From Nemertoderma westbladi (Eukaryota > Animalia > Xenacoelomorpha): a stretch of DNA of 39,044 bases. Below, in pieces: positions 22,916 through 35,488 of this stretch (within the stretch, counting starts at the first letter, position 1; every line of letters begins with the position of its first letter). The stretch is taken from assembly GCA_032718475.1 (NCBI GenBank), contig JAUCBJ010008144.1, positions 1 through 39,044 on the forward strand, read 5' to 3'. Position numbers and translations under genes: made by a program. The notes beneath the pieces are model-generated. The model was given only the letters and a program-made list of their open reading frames with translations. It had not been told where the DNA came from and did not search any database.

Positions 22916-23304
22916 GGCACAATTTTATTCCAGAGCATGTCTGGGGACTGGGATCCTTGATTCTAGGAAATTTGTCTTTTTAAGAGTATCGGTAAGTGCT
23001 ACGATATCTTAATCGACTAGAATTTTAAAGGATCTAAATTTTAACAGATTTTGATTTATAGATTTTCTTGGTTTACAAACTCCTTAGAGTTTATTTGTAT
23101 GCATTTACTCTATTATAACATTTGTTTTAATAGATTTTTTATAAATATTAACTATGTAATATTTAAGATGGGCACCGATTTATTCCAGAACTTGTCTGGG
23201 GACGTTAACCACTGATTCTAGAGTTTTGTCTTTCAAGTATATCGGTGGGTGCCGCGATATCTTAATCGACTAGAATTACAGATGGTCAAAGGGTTTAACA
23301 GATT
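22916..23304 (-). repeat. Two diverged ~135 bp direct repeats (22916-23051, 23171-23304) with conserved base-pairing potential
   Basis: Shared blocks ggcac, ttattccaga, tgtctggggac, tgattctag, cgatatcttaatcgactagaatt and ttaacagattt. Confidence 0.85.
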
Positions 23305-23833
23305 TATTTTGCGTTTTACGCTACTGTTAAAGCGACATCATGCTACTATATGTATTATTTAATATACGGTATGAGAGCAATATTGCAAGAAGCAATGTCA
23401 GTGAGAAGAGGCAAGTCGTTTCCAAGGTCTACCCAGAGCTTGGTTTAGCCTAGGCACGAGGATCTGAACTTTGCATTCCTAATACTCTACTTACCAATAA
23501 TACTTTAGTTTAGTAGGAGCTTTATTGTACTTTAATAAGTATGGATATTTAATCTTACTGTAGTCACGCATTTATAATATGATACGGACAGTAAGGAAAG
23601 AGAAAGGAATTATTTCTCGCCGTTGCACTAAATATATAATATAAGTAATTAAGTAATAAACACGAGTATATATATTGCACTAATCTACTAAATAATCGTT
23701 AAAATAACATTCTACTAAATAAAATTAAAGAAAACGATTATAATAAAATTACATAATAATACATACATAAATATAAAATAATAAAAAAAAAAATATATAA
23801 AATAATATAGTAACATACCCACTCCAGACGCTG

Positions 23834-25121
23834 TTACGTTGGGGAGTCCCTAGATGTTTGTTGGATTAGGGAGGTGGTCGTGGGAAGAGTATCTTGCCTT
23901 CCATAGTTTCCGGATAGTTCTCTGTCTCTTTCCAGTAAACATAAACGACCAACTGGGCGATTGAGTTGCTGCATTTCGAATACAATTCCAGGTTTCTTAA
24001 AGTTATGTTGCATGACGACGAGTTCTACCGATCGCACTAAACCATCATCGGAGATATGAGTCTCGATGATACGACCTGTCTGCCACCGTTTACGTGGAAG
24101 ATCTGATTCCACAATAAGGACCATGTCTCCGGCGCTGACGTTTTCTTGCTGCGCAAACCACTTGGTTCGAAGTTGTAGCATAGGCAGATAATGTTTTTCG
24201 AAATGGTCAGCGAAACGACAGGCTAATAACTGCATAAGTTGCCAAGTTTGTCGGCAGTATTCGTCTCCGTCCGTGATTTCCGATCGTGGGAGCATGGCTA
24301 CAGGTTTCTTCAGTAGGAAGTGTGCGGGTGTTAGCGCTTCCAGGGAGTCAGGACTCGATGAGACTGAAGCGGTCTCTCGTTAAGATAGGCGGCGATTTCT
24401 TCCATTAACGTCCGCAAAAGTTCGTCGGTGAGATATGCGCGGCACGGCACTATAAAGTGAAATGCGGTCTTCAAGGTCCTTATTAATCTCTCCCAACTTC
24501 CTCCCCACCAAGGGGCGTCGGCGGCGTTGAAGGTCCAGCTAGATGCTGTTACCCTTAGCTGATCGTCCACCTGTCTTTGGTTCCAATCTTTAACGTAAGC
24601 TTTGATCTCATTATTGGCGCCAATGAAGTTCGTTCCATTATCAGATCTCATCGTATTGCTAGTTCCAAAGCGAGCGATCTGTCGGCGTAAACTCTGTATG
24701 AAGCTGTTGGTAGATAGATCGTTCACCATATCTAGATGGATCGCTCTACAAGTCATACAGACAAAGATGACACCCCATCGCTTGACTATAGTCCTAGCAC
24801 AATATACTTCAATAGGGCCAAATAAATCCATACCGGTATTAGTAAAGGGTGGTTCATAGAAGCTTACTCGTTCCCTAGGTAATTCTGCCTTAAAGGTGTG
24901 TTAAAGCTGTGTTAAAGGCCTACTAAATGCTTTCCTACAGGGTATACAGTTCCTAAGAACTTGGTTCAGAGCTCTACGGGGTTTATGAAAATAATAGCAA
25001 GTTCGAATTTCACTAAGAACTCGTTCTCTACCAGCATGGTAAAGCTTACTGTGAACATCTACAATCATCTTGATTTGTATTTCAAGATTTCTAATGAGTA
25101 TGGGAAACTTAGTGTCAAAGG
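23834..25121 (-). pseudogene. BEL integrase (HHCC finger, rve core, C-terminal domain), disrupted
   Basis: VHSKLYHAG..CIPC, PFTNTGMDLFGP, CMTCRAIHLD, SDNGTNFIG, PWWGGSWERLI, W.TGRI....DGLVRSV..RPVGRLCLL. Contains stops and frameshifts. Confidence 0.92.
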
Positions 25122-28100
25122 CTCAGGACTCAGCTGCATAACAACAGTGCGTTAGCGGCCTCTGAATCGCAGTCTGTTTTGGCTAATGATACCAGTGGGG
25201 ATGCACCTGCTGTGGGCGCAGCCTCCGCTTCTATGGTGGATCCCACCCCCACGGGGATTTAACCAAACGGAAACGTCAATTATCTTAGTGATTTGTGAAT
25301 ATATATAAAATATCTATATTTTGTTTTTCTATAACTAATTGTATATACCTTTTACAATGGCAACCTTAAATGTACAATCTTACAACTGTAATTCTGTTAG
25401 GAGCCTTAGTGCTCGCAATGCAGTTCACAATATTTGTGAAAACGGTTGTGATGTGCTAATGCTTCAGGAGCTCATGTTACCCAAGCAGGAGCTATCCTTC
25501 CTGGGTTCGTTGCACCCAGACTTTTTGTACTTTGGTATTTCACCCGTGGACTATTCCAGCGGACCTTTAATCGGACGCCCATATGGGGGGCTCGGTATAT
25601 TATGGAGAAAAACGGTGGCCCATGCTATTAACGTTGTATCATTGGGCTACGAGAGAATCTTAGGAATTACAATTGATATTAAGGATGGACAAAAATTACT
25701 GATTCTCAATATTTACTTACCGTTTCAGTGTGCTGATAATGAGGAGACATACCTTTCCTGCATGGGTGCTCTGCAGTCTATCATTGTAGATACTTGTAGT
25801 GATTATGTGTGCATAATTGGTGACTTTAACGCCAATCCTGGTACTCGTTTCTTCAACTTTCTTAATAGCTGGCGTTCAGATCTGGGACTCAGTATAGTAG
25901 ACATTGATTCCTTGCCGGTGGACACTTTTACCTTTGTTAGTAGTGCTTATGGGTCTACCTCTTCGCTTGACCATGTGGTATGTTCTGAGTCACTTTCAAA
26001 TAAGCTTATAAGTGTGTCTGTAAATTATGATCTAGTTACAGACGATCACATGCCAATCAGCGTTAATTTTTCTATTAGTGCTAAAGATTTAGCTTCTGAG
26101 ACCGAGCCTCAGATTACAGACGCGGCCAACAACCCAGCTGCGGTACCCCGTGTCGATTGGAAACGAGTATCCCAGGATGGTCTAACATCCTATTGTAATA
26201 ATGTGCAATCTGAACTGTTGGTAGTATATAATGATTTTATTGCAAATGACTCTAATTGTACATGTACATGTACAGATGTTAATTGTGTTAATCCCGCACA
26301 TAGGAAATTACTGGATAGTTTTTATGACAATATTGTACAAGGTCTAGGGGCAGCAAGTGCACCACTGCCCAAAGTTAAATCAAATAAGAACGGTACAGGT
26401 AGATACAACATTCCAGGATGGAATTCCCTGGTTAAAGATAAGTATGATGAATCGAGAAAACTTTTCAAATTATGGCGCACCTGTGGCTCTCCCCGTCAAG
26501 GTACAATTTTTAATGATTATTTATGTGCGAAAGCTAACTTTAAGCGCTGCCTCCGGCACTGTAAACGTGAGCAGTCAAATCTGCGTAATAATAAAATTGC
26601 AGAAACCCTGATCACCGACTCAAGATGTAAGGGTGGTGCAACCAGTAACGATTTCTGGTCAGAAATACGGAAACAATCCACCGAATCATCCACTCTCCCT
26701 AATAAAGTAGGGGGTGCGGTGGGTGAATATGCAATCAGTGAAATGTGGCAAAAACATTTTGAAGGGTTATTTAATTGCGTCAACGACGACACAAAGTGTG
26801 ATACAGTAAAATCAAAATTGAGTAAATTAATATTTAAAGATACGGACCGTGTAAGTATGGTTGAAGTATTTGATGCAATAAATAAATTACAACCTGGTAA
26901 AGCAGTAGGACCCGATGGTCTGAGCGCTGAATATTTTATTAACGGGTGCAACTTTGAATTGATTAATTGTATTATGGTGCTATTTAATTCAATTTTCATT
27001 CATGGGTATTTACCCGAGAAAATGATTGAATCCATTATTATACCTTTGGTAAAAGACCGTTCTGATGATGTCACATCGAAAGATAACTATCGTGGCATTG
27101 CTATAGCTACGGTGTTAAGTAAGATTTTTGAGTTTGTAATTATCAATCGGGTGGTAAACATACTTTCGTCAACACCGAATCAATTCGGCTTTAAAGGAAA
27201 ATTAGGCACTGAACTTTGTGTATACACATTTAAGGAAATAGTTAATTATTATTTGTCAAGAAACACACCGGTGTATGTATGTATGTTGGACCTTAGCAAG
27301 GCATTTGATCGCATTAACCACTATTTACTTTTTGATAAGTTGATTGACCGTGGTGTGCCGTTATTTATAGTTCGGGTTATATTATTTTGGTACAGAAATC
27401 AATTAATGTGCGTAAGATGGGGGTCTATTCTATCGAATAGTTTTACGGTTACAAATGGTACCAAACAGGGCGGGATACTCTCCCCCCTGTTCTTTAATAT
27501 TTATATTGATAACTTAAGTGCAGATCTAACTAATACTGGGTTGGGCTGCAAAATGGGTGACATGCGAATTAACCACTTGTGCTATGCTGATGATCTTTGT
27601 TTGCTAAGTAATTCTATTTTTGGTCTGCAGTGCTTAATAAATATTGCAATAAAATTTGCGGATAGTAGTTCTATGCTGTTTAATTTAAAAAAAACTAAGT
27701 GTATGTACTACTATCCCAAATCCTCTCAAGGTTGTGCGTCTAATGTATATATATATGGAAAACGAATTGAAATTGTCGATAAATTTGTTTACTTAGGTCA
27801 TTTATTACATTGTAGTACCGACGACGACTTCGATATTCTTAGGCAAACTAACTCACTCTATGCACGTGGTAATTACATATGTAGGAAATTTGGTAGTTGT
27901 TCAGATAAGGTTAAAGTTAAGTTGTTTCAAGCATTTTGTACTCCTATTTATTGTAATGCGCTGTGGGCTAGCTCAAACTACTCCCAGAGTGCATTCCAAA
28001 AAATACGTGTTGCTTATAATAATTGTTTACGTATGTTATTTAACATTCCTCGAATGACTGGTGATGATCCCACCAGTATATCTTTATACTTTGGAACTTT

Positions 28101-28345
28101 GAATATCCCGATGTTTGTTCATATACAGCATACTTCACGGAATAGTTTATTTAATAGGGTTATAAATAGTGCAAATATAATTGTTAAGACTGTATACAGG
28201 ATCACCCGAATTGACGGTGTGTCAAGAATTTTTCGTTTGTAAATATCTTTATTTAATTTATGTAATTTGTGCTATGTTCGTAATACGTTTTACTATGGAG
28301 CAATGGCTCTGGTTTAAATAAATAAAAAAAAAAAAAAAAAAAAAA
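25122..28345 (+). mobile_element. 5'-truncated LINE (RTE-X-like), inserted antisense in BEL pol
   Basis: It has an EN-RT ORF, a poly(A) run at 28324-28348 and a TSD AAAGG (25117-21, 28346-50). Removing it restores the BEL frame GGRLTNAPLS-FDTKFPILI. An open frame ending at ~25262 may be the tail of ORF1. Confidence 0.93.
25357..28242 (+). CDS. LINE ORF2: AP endonuclease and reverse transcriptase (961 aa from ATG), intact
   Basis: SYNCN, LMLQE, NIYLP, GDFNA, LDHV, DDHMP (APE); NYRGIA, QFGFK, LDLSKAFD, GTKQGGILSP, YADD, FVYLG (RT). The C-terminal VAYNNCLR pattern suggests the RTE-X clade. Confidence 0.95.
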   Translation: MATLNVQSYNCNSVRSLSARNAVHNICENGCDVLMLQELMLPKQELSFLGSLHPDFLYFGISPVDYSSGPLIGRPYGGLGILWRKTVAHAINVVSLGYERILGITIDIKDGQKLLILNIYLPFQCADNEETYLSCMGALQSIIVDTCSDYVCIIGDFNANPGTRFFNFLNSWRSDLGLSIVDIDSLPVDTFTFVSSAYGSTSSLDHVVCSESLSNKLISVSVNYDLVTDDHMPISVNFSISAKDLASETEPQITDAANNPAAVPRVDWKRVSQDGLTSYCNNVQSELLVVYNDFIANDSNCTCTCTDVNCVNPAHRKLLDSFYDNIVQGLGAASAPLPKVKSNKNGTGRYNIPGWNSLVKDKYDESRKLFKLWRTCGSPRQGTIFNDYLCAKANFKRCLRHCKREQSNLRNNKIAETLITDSRCKGGATSNDFWSEIRKQSTESSTLPNKVGGAVGEYAISEMWQKHFEGLFNCVNDDTKCDTVKSKLSKLIFKDTDRVSMVEVFDAINKLQPGKAVGPDGLSAEYFINGCNFELINCIMVLFNSIFIHGYLPEKMIESIIIPLVKDRSDDVTSKDNYRGIAIATVLSKIFEFVIINRVVNILSSTPNQFGFKGKLGTELCVYTFKEIVNYYLSRNTPVYVCMLDLSKAFDRINHYLLFDKLIDRGVPLFIVRVILFWYRNQLMCVRWGSILSNSFTVTNGTKQGGILSPLFFNIYIDNLSADLTNTGLGCKMGDMRINHLCYADDLCLLSNSIFGLQCLINIAIKFADSSSMLFNLKKTKCMYYYPKSSQGCASNVYIYGKRIEIVDKFVYLGHLLHCSTDDDFDILRQTNSLYARGNYICRKFGSCSDKVKVKLFQAFCTPIYCNALWASSNYSQSAFQKIRVAYNNCLRMLFNIPRMTGDDPTSISLYFGTLNIPMFVHIQHTSRNSLFNRVINSANIIVKTVYRITRIDGVSRIFRL

Positions 28346-28350
28346 AAAGG

Positions 28351-31300
28351 ATAATGGAGCATTAGTTAGTCTCCCTCCAACACGTATTAACCCATCTATC
28401 ATTGTGCTAGAGAAACGATCCCTTAAGCGCATCTGGATTTCTCAACAACAGGAAATACTTATCGGAATCTTCATAGCATTGCAAGAGTCTCAGTATCTGC
28501 TTATTGGTTTCTTCATGCTCCTGGTAACTGATCTTCTCCGTCAGAAACCTATCTGATACCTTGTATTTGGGAAGATCTTTAATAGCATGGACCTGTGCAG
28601 ATGTCAGTGGAGCGGTATCACTAGCGATCTTCGTCCTGGAGTAGTGATAATGGAAGCATTGCTTCAAATACACGACGGCCTTACAAAGCCGATTCCAGGA
28701 GCTATAGTGATGTATCGCTCTCTGCAGGAGAGGTGAGAGTCCCTGCGAGACGTCTGGTGTTCCAGATTTCCAGTCTCTTTCTCTAATTTCCACAACAGAT
28801 TTATTTGTGGTGGGGGAGTTTAGATCCACAGCGTCATCTCCGGAAATGTGTACTACAGACAGATCTATCATGGGTTTAAATAACTTCGATTTACTCATCC
28901 GGGTTTTAGGTTTGACTTTCTCCGCTCCCTTGGCTTGTCTAATCTCAGCCGTGGTGAGATGAGGAGGCCATTCATCCCCTTCTTTACTTAGGAAGTCGGG
29001 TCCACCTAACCAGTCCGGAGTATCTATCAGTTCTTGAGGAGTTGCTCCTCTGGAGGCGATGTCGGCTGGATTAATCGTCCCAGGGCAATGTCTCCATTGA
29101 TCTACATTAGTGCGACTAAGTATAATGGCTACTCTGTTGGTAACGAAGACGCTGAACTGACAGACTTCATTGGTTATATACTCCAAGACGAGTAAAGCAT
29201 CGGTCCAATAGACAGTTTTCTCCAGTGGATAGTCGATCTGTTCTGTTACATTCCGGCCGATGGCTGTAGCGTATAGAGCCGCCTTTAACTCCGCTTCGAG
29301 GAACTCGTAGTTTGTTGTTTATCAAGGCCTTAGAAGTAGCCAAGGCAACTTTAATTCCGTCCGGAGTTTCAACTCCCAGGTAGGCTACTATACCTATTCC
29401 CATATCGCTGGCGTCTCCAAACACATGGAGTTGATAGGTATACATGGGGAGAACGTGACCAAAATATGAACGGGAAATCGTAAAGTTCTCGATGGAGATA
29501 GATACTCCGAGCACCCAATATAACTGGGCTAATAAATCCCAATGGATCGAAATAAGTGCTCAGGATACTTAGACAAATCCGTTTAGTTCGAACTGGATTA
29601 TCTCGCTGTTTTAGCTGGAAAAACAGGATATCTCTCTCCGTGTCCCATTTCAGACCAAGTGTCTTGGTTTCCGGAAGATCGTCCTTGATAGGTCCAGGTC
29701 TTTAACCCCTCGGTCTTCTACCGGGATCGATTCCAGAAACTCATGGGAGTTGCTAGTGAATTTGGTTAGTCGAAATCCACTGCATTTCAAGCACTCTACC
29801 GTTCCCCTGGCAACATCAATGGCTTCTTCCACCGATGGAAGGGACTTTAAATTGTCGTCCATGTATATATCCCGTTTGATGTTGTCGATAACCGCTTTAG
29901 AGAAGGCGTCTCGGCTGTCATCAGCAGTGGTACGCACTACTGAACAAGCGTTCGAGGGGCTCGAGATGATCCCGAAAGCCTGGATGGTCATCCAGTACTC
30001 CACCGGTTTTTGGTTGAGGTCTCCTTCAGGCCACCACAGAAATCGTAGGCTGTCTCGATCCCTATCCAGCACCTTAACTTGTAAGAACATGCCTTCTATA
30101 TCCGAGGCGAAAGCGATAGAATATTGCCGTAATCTTAAGAGTATTCCCAACAAGGATTGGAGTAAGTTGGGTCCCGGCATCAACTCAGAATTAAGTGATT
30201 GGTCCATGTAAAGGGCGGAGCCGTCGAATACTACCGGGACTTCGTTGGGTTTACCGGGTTTGGGAATGTAATGATGTGTTAGATAATAGGTTCTCTCAGT
30301 TATAGGTGTTTCTTCCTGTACTCGCTCCGCGTATCCCTTATCGATGAATTTCTTCAGCTGGGTCTTATACATCTCTTTAGCTGAAGCATTTGCCGTAAGG
30401 CGCCGACGTAGTTGTGCGATTCTCTTCTCCGCCAAGGGTCGGTTATTTATAAAGTTGGGTTCTCGCCGTCGGAATGGCAGACCAATCTCATACCTACCTT
30501 GATCTTTAAGAAAACGTGTAGTCGTTTCCTGGATCTGCTTGGCTCTTTCCTCCTCGACCGATAGTGCTTTGTCGTAGGAATTACGCTCTACAGCTTCTTG
30601 AGTAAAGAATCGTACGGCGTGTTCATCGCGAATCTTAGCATTGTGTCGATCTATCACCTCATTTAGCTCGTCGTTGTAATCGAGTTGTCCGCCATGATTG
30701 ATGAGATGGCAAAGGTGCACTTGGTTTCTCCATGCTTCACTTTCTATCTGAGGAGTATGGTGTTCCCTCAGGTGTGGTCTCTCCCTCACTGATTTCTTCT
30801 TCCCATTCACTCACCTGATGTATATGCTCGGTAGGTAATCTTTCCATGAGTGTTCTACGGGAAGGTCCAGTGAAGTACCAACCTACTCTAGTTCTTCCCG
30901 CATAGGTTTGCAATGGTTGCGGTCGAGCAGGCCGTTTCTCTAATGTCTCAAGCGCCTCATGCGCATTTTGGCCGATCAATATCTGCACCCATGGGTAGTC
31001 GGTGTTGAATCTAGGGATATTATGCTGCTGGGTAAAATCGTCTTCATCCCAGTTGTAAGGTTCCACTTGGCTGGTAGCAAAGTTCTTTATCGCCACCATT
31101 TTTACTGACCTTTTGCTGTGTTCTCCTAGTTCGTCCTGGGGAGTGGACAACGCGCCTACATAGTAGTCTGTAGCTACTGTAGATTTCCAAACCTGCATAA
31201 TTCCTGAAAGGTTCAACTTAGTTCGGAACTTGGGTTGTCCAGCAAAGATGTCTTCGGCTAGTTCTTTGTCGATGAATGTTCCTGTGCTGCCGGAGTCCAG

Positions 31301-34300
31301 GAGGGCGTTGACTATAAAACTCTTACCTGATCCATGGACTCTCAGCTGAACTACCGGGAATTCCCGAATTCCGACATTGGAGGTTGGCGCTTTCCAAGAT
31401 GGTTGTCGGTCAGGAATAGTCGGGTGCGCTTCGTTATCGGTTTCAGTCTCATACGTAAGCGCTCGATACACCGCGGTGTTTATCATATAACAGGATTCGT
31501 TTTCGTCAGAGAATTCGTCCGTGTAAAATCCTTCCATCTCAGAGCTGTGGTCAGTGTCGTTCACATCACTGAATTGGACATGTAGTTCGGACTCACTTAC
31601 CTGACTCGGGCTGGTTCTTTCAAATTCGGTGTGCAGCAAGATATGATGTTTCGCGCCGCACTTAGCACACCTCGCGTCGGAGTAACAGGTTCACCGTTGG
31701 TGTCCTTGCCTGAGACAATTATAACACAACCGCTTATCCCACATGACATCACGTCTATCCTTTAGGGATTTCTTTAAGAATTCATCACATACACTTAAAC
31801 GATGGGGCCCGTCGCACAATGCACATTTGGGTTTGATGTTACTCACTTTACCTTAGGTAGTGTTGTGCACACTTGTTCTTTCCTCGGGCTTTTTTCCATG
31901 AATTCTTTTAGGAGACGCAGGAGAAGTTTTTGTTACCTGTTCTCTCCTGTCACTGGTTCGAGACTTAGATTTACTTACGTCTTTAGGTGCTTTGTTGACA
32001 TAGTAAGATCTTTCGGTGTCTTTCCTGCTGTTCTCCTCCTGAGAGGTTTGGCTTTCGCCGTTGTCTGTATAACACACTGGTGTTACCTTTCTCCTAGAAG
32101 CGGGTTTTTCATTTACTTTATTTTCCGGTGTCTTCTCTCGGGACTGTTTTAGGAGCTGTAATCTTACCTCTCCATTTAAGAATGACATGAGATCAGCCAT
32201 GGTAGGGTCTCTTTGTTGCTGGTCCATCATATAGAGAACTCTCTTATCCCAACGCGTACCTACTCCACCCTTCGGCAAAGTAGATGCTACGGCTCCAACA
32301 TCCAACAACCATAGAACTCTGATATTCATGAGACTTACCTAGCCAATCTAATGGTCTACAGATCTCCTGGATCTCATCGGAAAATTCTATAATCCCGCTG
32401 CTAAGGAACTTTTGGGGTGCTACTAATTTCGCATACAAATACCTAGCTATGTTAGTCCTATTACCATACCTGATGTTTAGTGTATCCCAAACTTGTCGCA
32501 ATCCATCTGGATGTCCAATAAACTTTAACGCCATTAACTTGGGAGGTCCTTCCAAGCACTCGATGAGGAATCTAAGTTTCTCTCCATTAGATAGTACAGA
32601 GTTCTGTATGTTATCTTTGTAATATTCATTAAAAGGTAACCATTTCATCTCATCTCCATTGAACTTGACGATCTCCCCCACCTTTACCGCTTGATGGGCT
32701 TCGGTTCTAGCCATTTGACGCGTAAAACTTTCTTGGGCAATCGTATTATTTAATATCGAGTTATCGGTATTTAAATTTCTCGGATTATGATCAGGTCTAT
32801 ATGGAATATCATTATCAACAGGTTTATAATTATCCTTAAGAGGGTTTACTATTGGAGTTTCTACTTCTCTAGCAGTATAGATGCGTGTAGGCTCCACACC
32901 TTGCGCATGAAATACTTCAGACCTAACAGGTTGACACATTGTTACAGGGGGTGGTGGTATACCCCTTTGTATATTTACCAATTTATCGCGTTCTAAAGCG
33001 ATACTCTGCTGCACTTCTTGCAACTCTAACCTACCTTCTCTTACTGTTCCCTTTAACTGTTGAACAGTCCCCTCCAACTCCCGGACCTGTTGGGAGGAAC
33101 GTTCCCGATGTTCCTCCATCTGCCCGAGCAGGAGATCCATCCCCCGCCGTCGCTCATCCACCCACTCTACCGCTGAAGCGGGAGCCGCCAACATAGTAGC
33201 GGGCAGACGAGGGACGACGGGCGACAAATCGTTAATGTCTCGCTCGGCGTCCAGGACTAGAATTGACTCAGGGGCTGTTCTACTGGGCACAGGTAGTTTA
33301 GTACTGTGCAAAGGGAATTTAGAGTTAGGTTCTGGAAGTACAGGGGTCTCTATCACAGAGGGGGTGGCTTCGGGAACAGGCCTAATTATTTCAGGCTCAT
33401 CTACTATAGTAGGGAGTCTTTCTATTCTTATTATTTTGGTCTGTGTGTTCTGTACTACCTAAGTCTGCACTAGCTAGTTGCCTTTTCACAGCTGGGGGCA
33501 AATTAGGCAATTTCTGACGGTAGGGCGTTCTTCTATGTCTGCTGGAACGAGATCTATTTCCTCCGCCTTCAGGATCTGTTGTATCGCCTTCATCAGATGA
33601 TGTAAATCCCTGTCTCTTGGGAGTAGATCGACTTATCATCTGCATATGACTAGCTCTTCTCTGTTTATTTAAGTAGTCTTGCTTCTCTTGAAGATTTTCC
33701 AACTCTAGTTGGGCTGTCTATTCAGATGCCCTCCATTCGGCTGCTGCCACTGCCTCTGCCGCTTTTCTTTCCGGTTCTACCGCTGCCTCTGACACTTTTC
33801 TTTCCGCTTCTACCGCTGCCTCTGCCACCTTTCTTTCCGCTTCTGCCGCTGGCTCTGCCTCTGCCGCTGCCATTGCCACCTTTCTTTCAACTTATGCCGC
33901 CGCCGCTGCAGCTGTCCTTCTATCCTCTATCTGTTTTTTCTTTAATTGTTCTTCCTGTTCCCTAGCGATGAGGATTCTTTCATCAAATTTAGCCTGATCC
34001 GTGGCTAACATTTCCGCATCTAATGAGTCTAACACAAATTTGGCTCCCTCACTATTAGGGTGAAGTCCAGCTAGCCGTCTCCTCAACTCTTTGTCACCTA
34101 TAAATCTTTGATAGTCTGACAGATAGATGTCAATAGCGTCCTTCTTCTGAGGTTTCTCTGATGTAACGTCGCTTTCCACCTGAGAAAAGGTAGCATCTGT
34201 TGATTCTCCGTGGATAGCGCGCTCAGTTAGCTGAATTTTCCATTGGGTTGTTCCTTGGACTTTAAGACTTACCCGTTGGAACCAAGTCTTTACGGCGACT

Positions 34301-35094
34301 TGCAACGACGTGTCTTGGCTTCTCTTCGAGGCTTCCTCAAAGGCTGAAAGGATTAGTCTGATTCTTAGGATTCGTTCTCGAACTTGATAAAGCAGCTCTC
34401 CCTGCTCTTGAGGTCCCTGGGGTTGTTGGAACAGTTGTTCCTCTAATCGCTCCAAAGAGCTGACGAATCCCTGTACATATCCTGCTGCCGACGTTTTCCA
34501 CACAGCTGGATCTCTAGTGTCCTTTACCACTCCCATCCGGTATAAGTCCTCCCAGGCAGCTTCCGATAAGTTAAACGGGAGTCCGGGTCCGGGGAAGTTC
34601 CATTGCGTCTCGACAATAGACTTCAGTTCCTCCATTGTGTATCCCACATAACTGTCCTTGGTCGATCGCTTACTTCTCGCCCAATCGATTTGATGTTCCT
34701 CCACTGCAATCAATACCCTAGTGAGTACGGCTTCAGGAAGAATTAGAAGTGGGTCCGAATAAACTGCTTCTGCCATCTTTGCTCCGCGCTCGGGTGTCAA
34801 CTCTACAGTATCTGAACTACTGGAGCTATCGGGCCGCTGAGAAATAAGTTCTCGGTTCGGGTGTTGCTGCTGTTTAACAGCGGCCTCTTGGTCCCGCTTG
34901 ACTTGAGCCCGAGTGCCTATGATAGACCTACGGTGCTTTACTAGCCTAGGGTCTGATACTACTACTGGAGGGATGACTTTTCTTACAGTAGGAGGGGACT
35001 TGGACTTCGGTCTCAAATGTTCGGCACTCCTGTCGGAGTCGCAGGCTGTTCTTTCTAGGAGACTATCTGACAGAGTTTGCTTTGTGTCAGCCAT
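28351..35094 (-). pseudogene. BEL gag-protease-RT-RNase H polyprotein, disrupted
   Basis: Fragments: 33892-35094 (N-terminal extension), 32244-33356 (KFNGD..W..F...EKLRFLIECLEG), knuckles ~31635-31827 (CALCDGPH..C; CYNCLRQGH..C; CAKCGAKHH..LH), protease 30737-31639, RT 29650-30810 and RNase H 28407-29514. Confidence 0.93.
33745..33910 (-). repeat. Coding low-complexity tandem repeat (charged, Ala-rich) in the Gag N-terminal extension
   Basis: Repeated ~33-36 bp ccgctgcctctg...ttctttccgcttc units. Confidence 0.7.
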
Positions 35095-35230
35095 GTTTGA
35101 TTGTACAGTTGAATGCCTACTACTATAAACGACAGTTAAAGCAAGTCTAGTAATTCAGTATCAACTGTAAGCCTAGTAATTAATTACCGATACCGTTACT
35201 CAGTGTAACGTGATATATATACAATATATT

Positions 35231-35488
35231 AGAATACCGGTATATACTTATAGTATATATATAAGTATTATTACAGACTAGGGTTTGTCACAGAATACCG
35301 GTATATAATTTCAGCATAAATAATATAGAAATATATATAATAAGCCTACCGTAAATACCGGTATACAGCATACACTTATAGTATATATAAGTATTATTAT
35401 GGACTAGGATTAATTACAGAATACCGGTATATAATTTCAGCTTAAATTTATAGAAATAAGTATAATAAGCCTATCGGAAATACCGGTA
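35231..35488. repeat. Tandem duplication (~130 bp x2) in the BEL 5' leader with five ATACCGGTA motifs
   Basis: acttatagtatatataagtattatta...cagaataccggtatataatttcagc...tataataagccta occurs twice. Confidence 0.85.

Noticed and set aside
26517-26999. 160-aa minus-strand ORF and other antisense ORFs over TE genes (e.g. 29750-30211, 31802-32152)
   Set aside because: Shadow frames of real coding sequence with no recognisable motifs.
33726-33965. Pro/Leu-rich plus-strand ORF
   Set aside because: It is the antisense shadow of the Gag low-complexity repeat.
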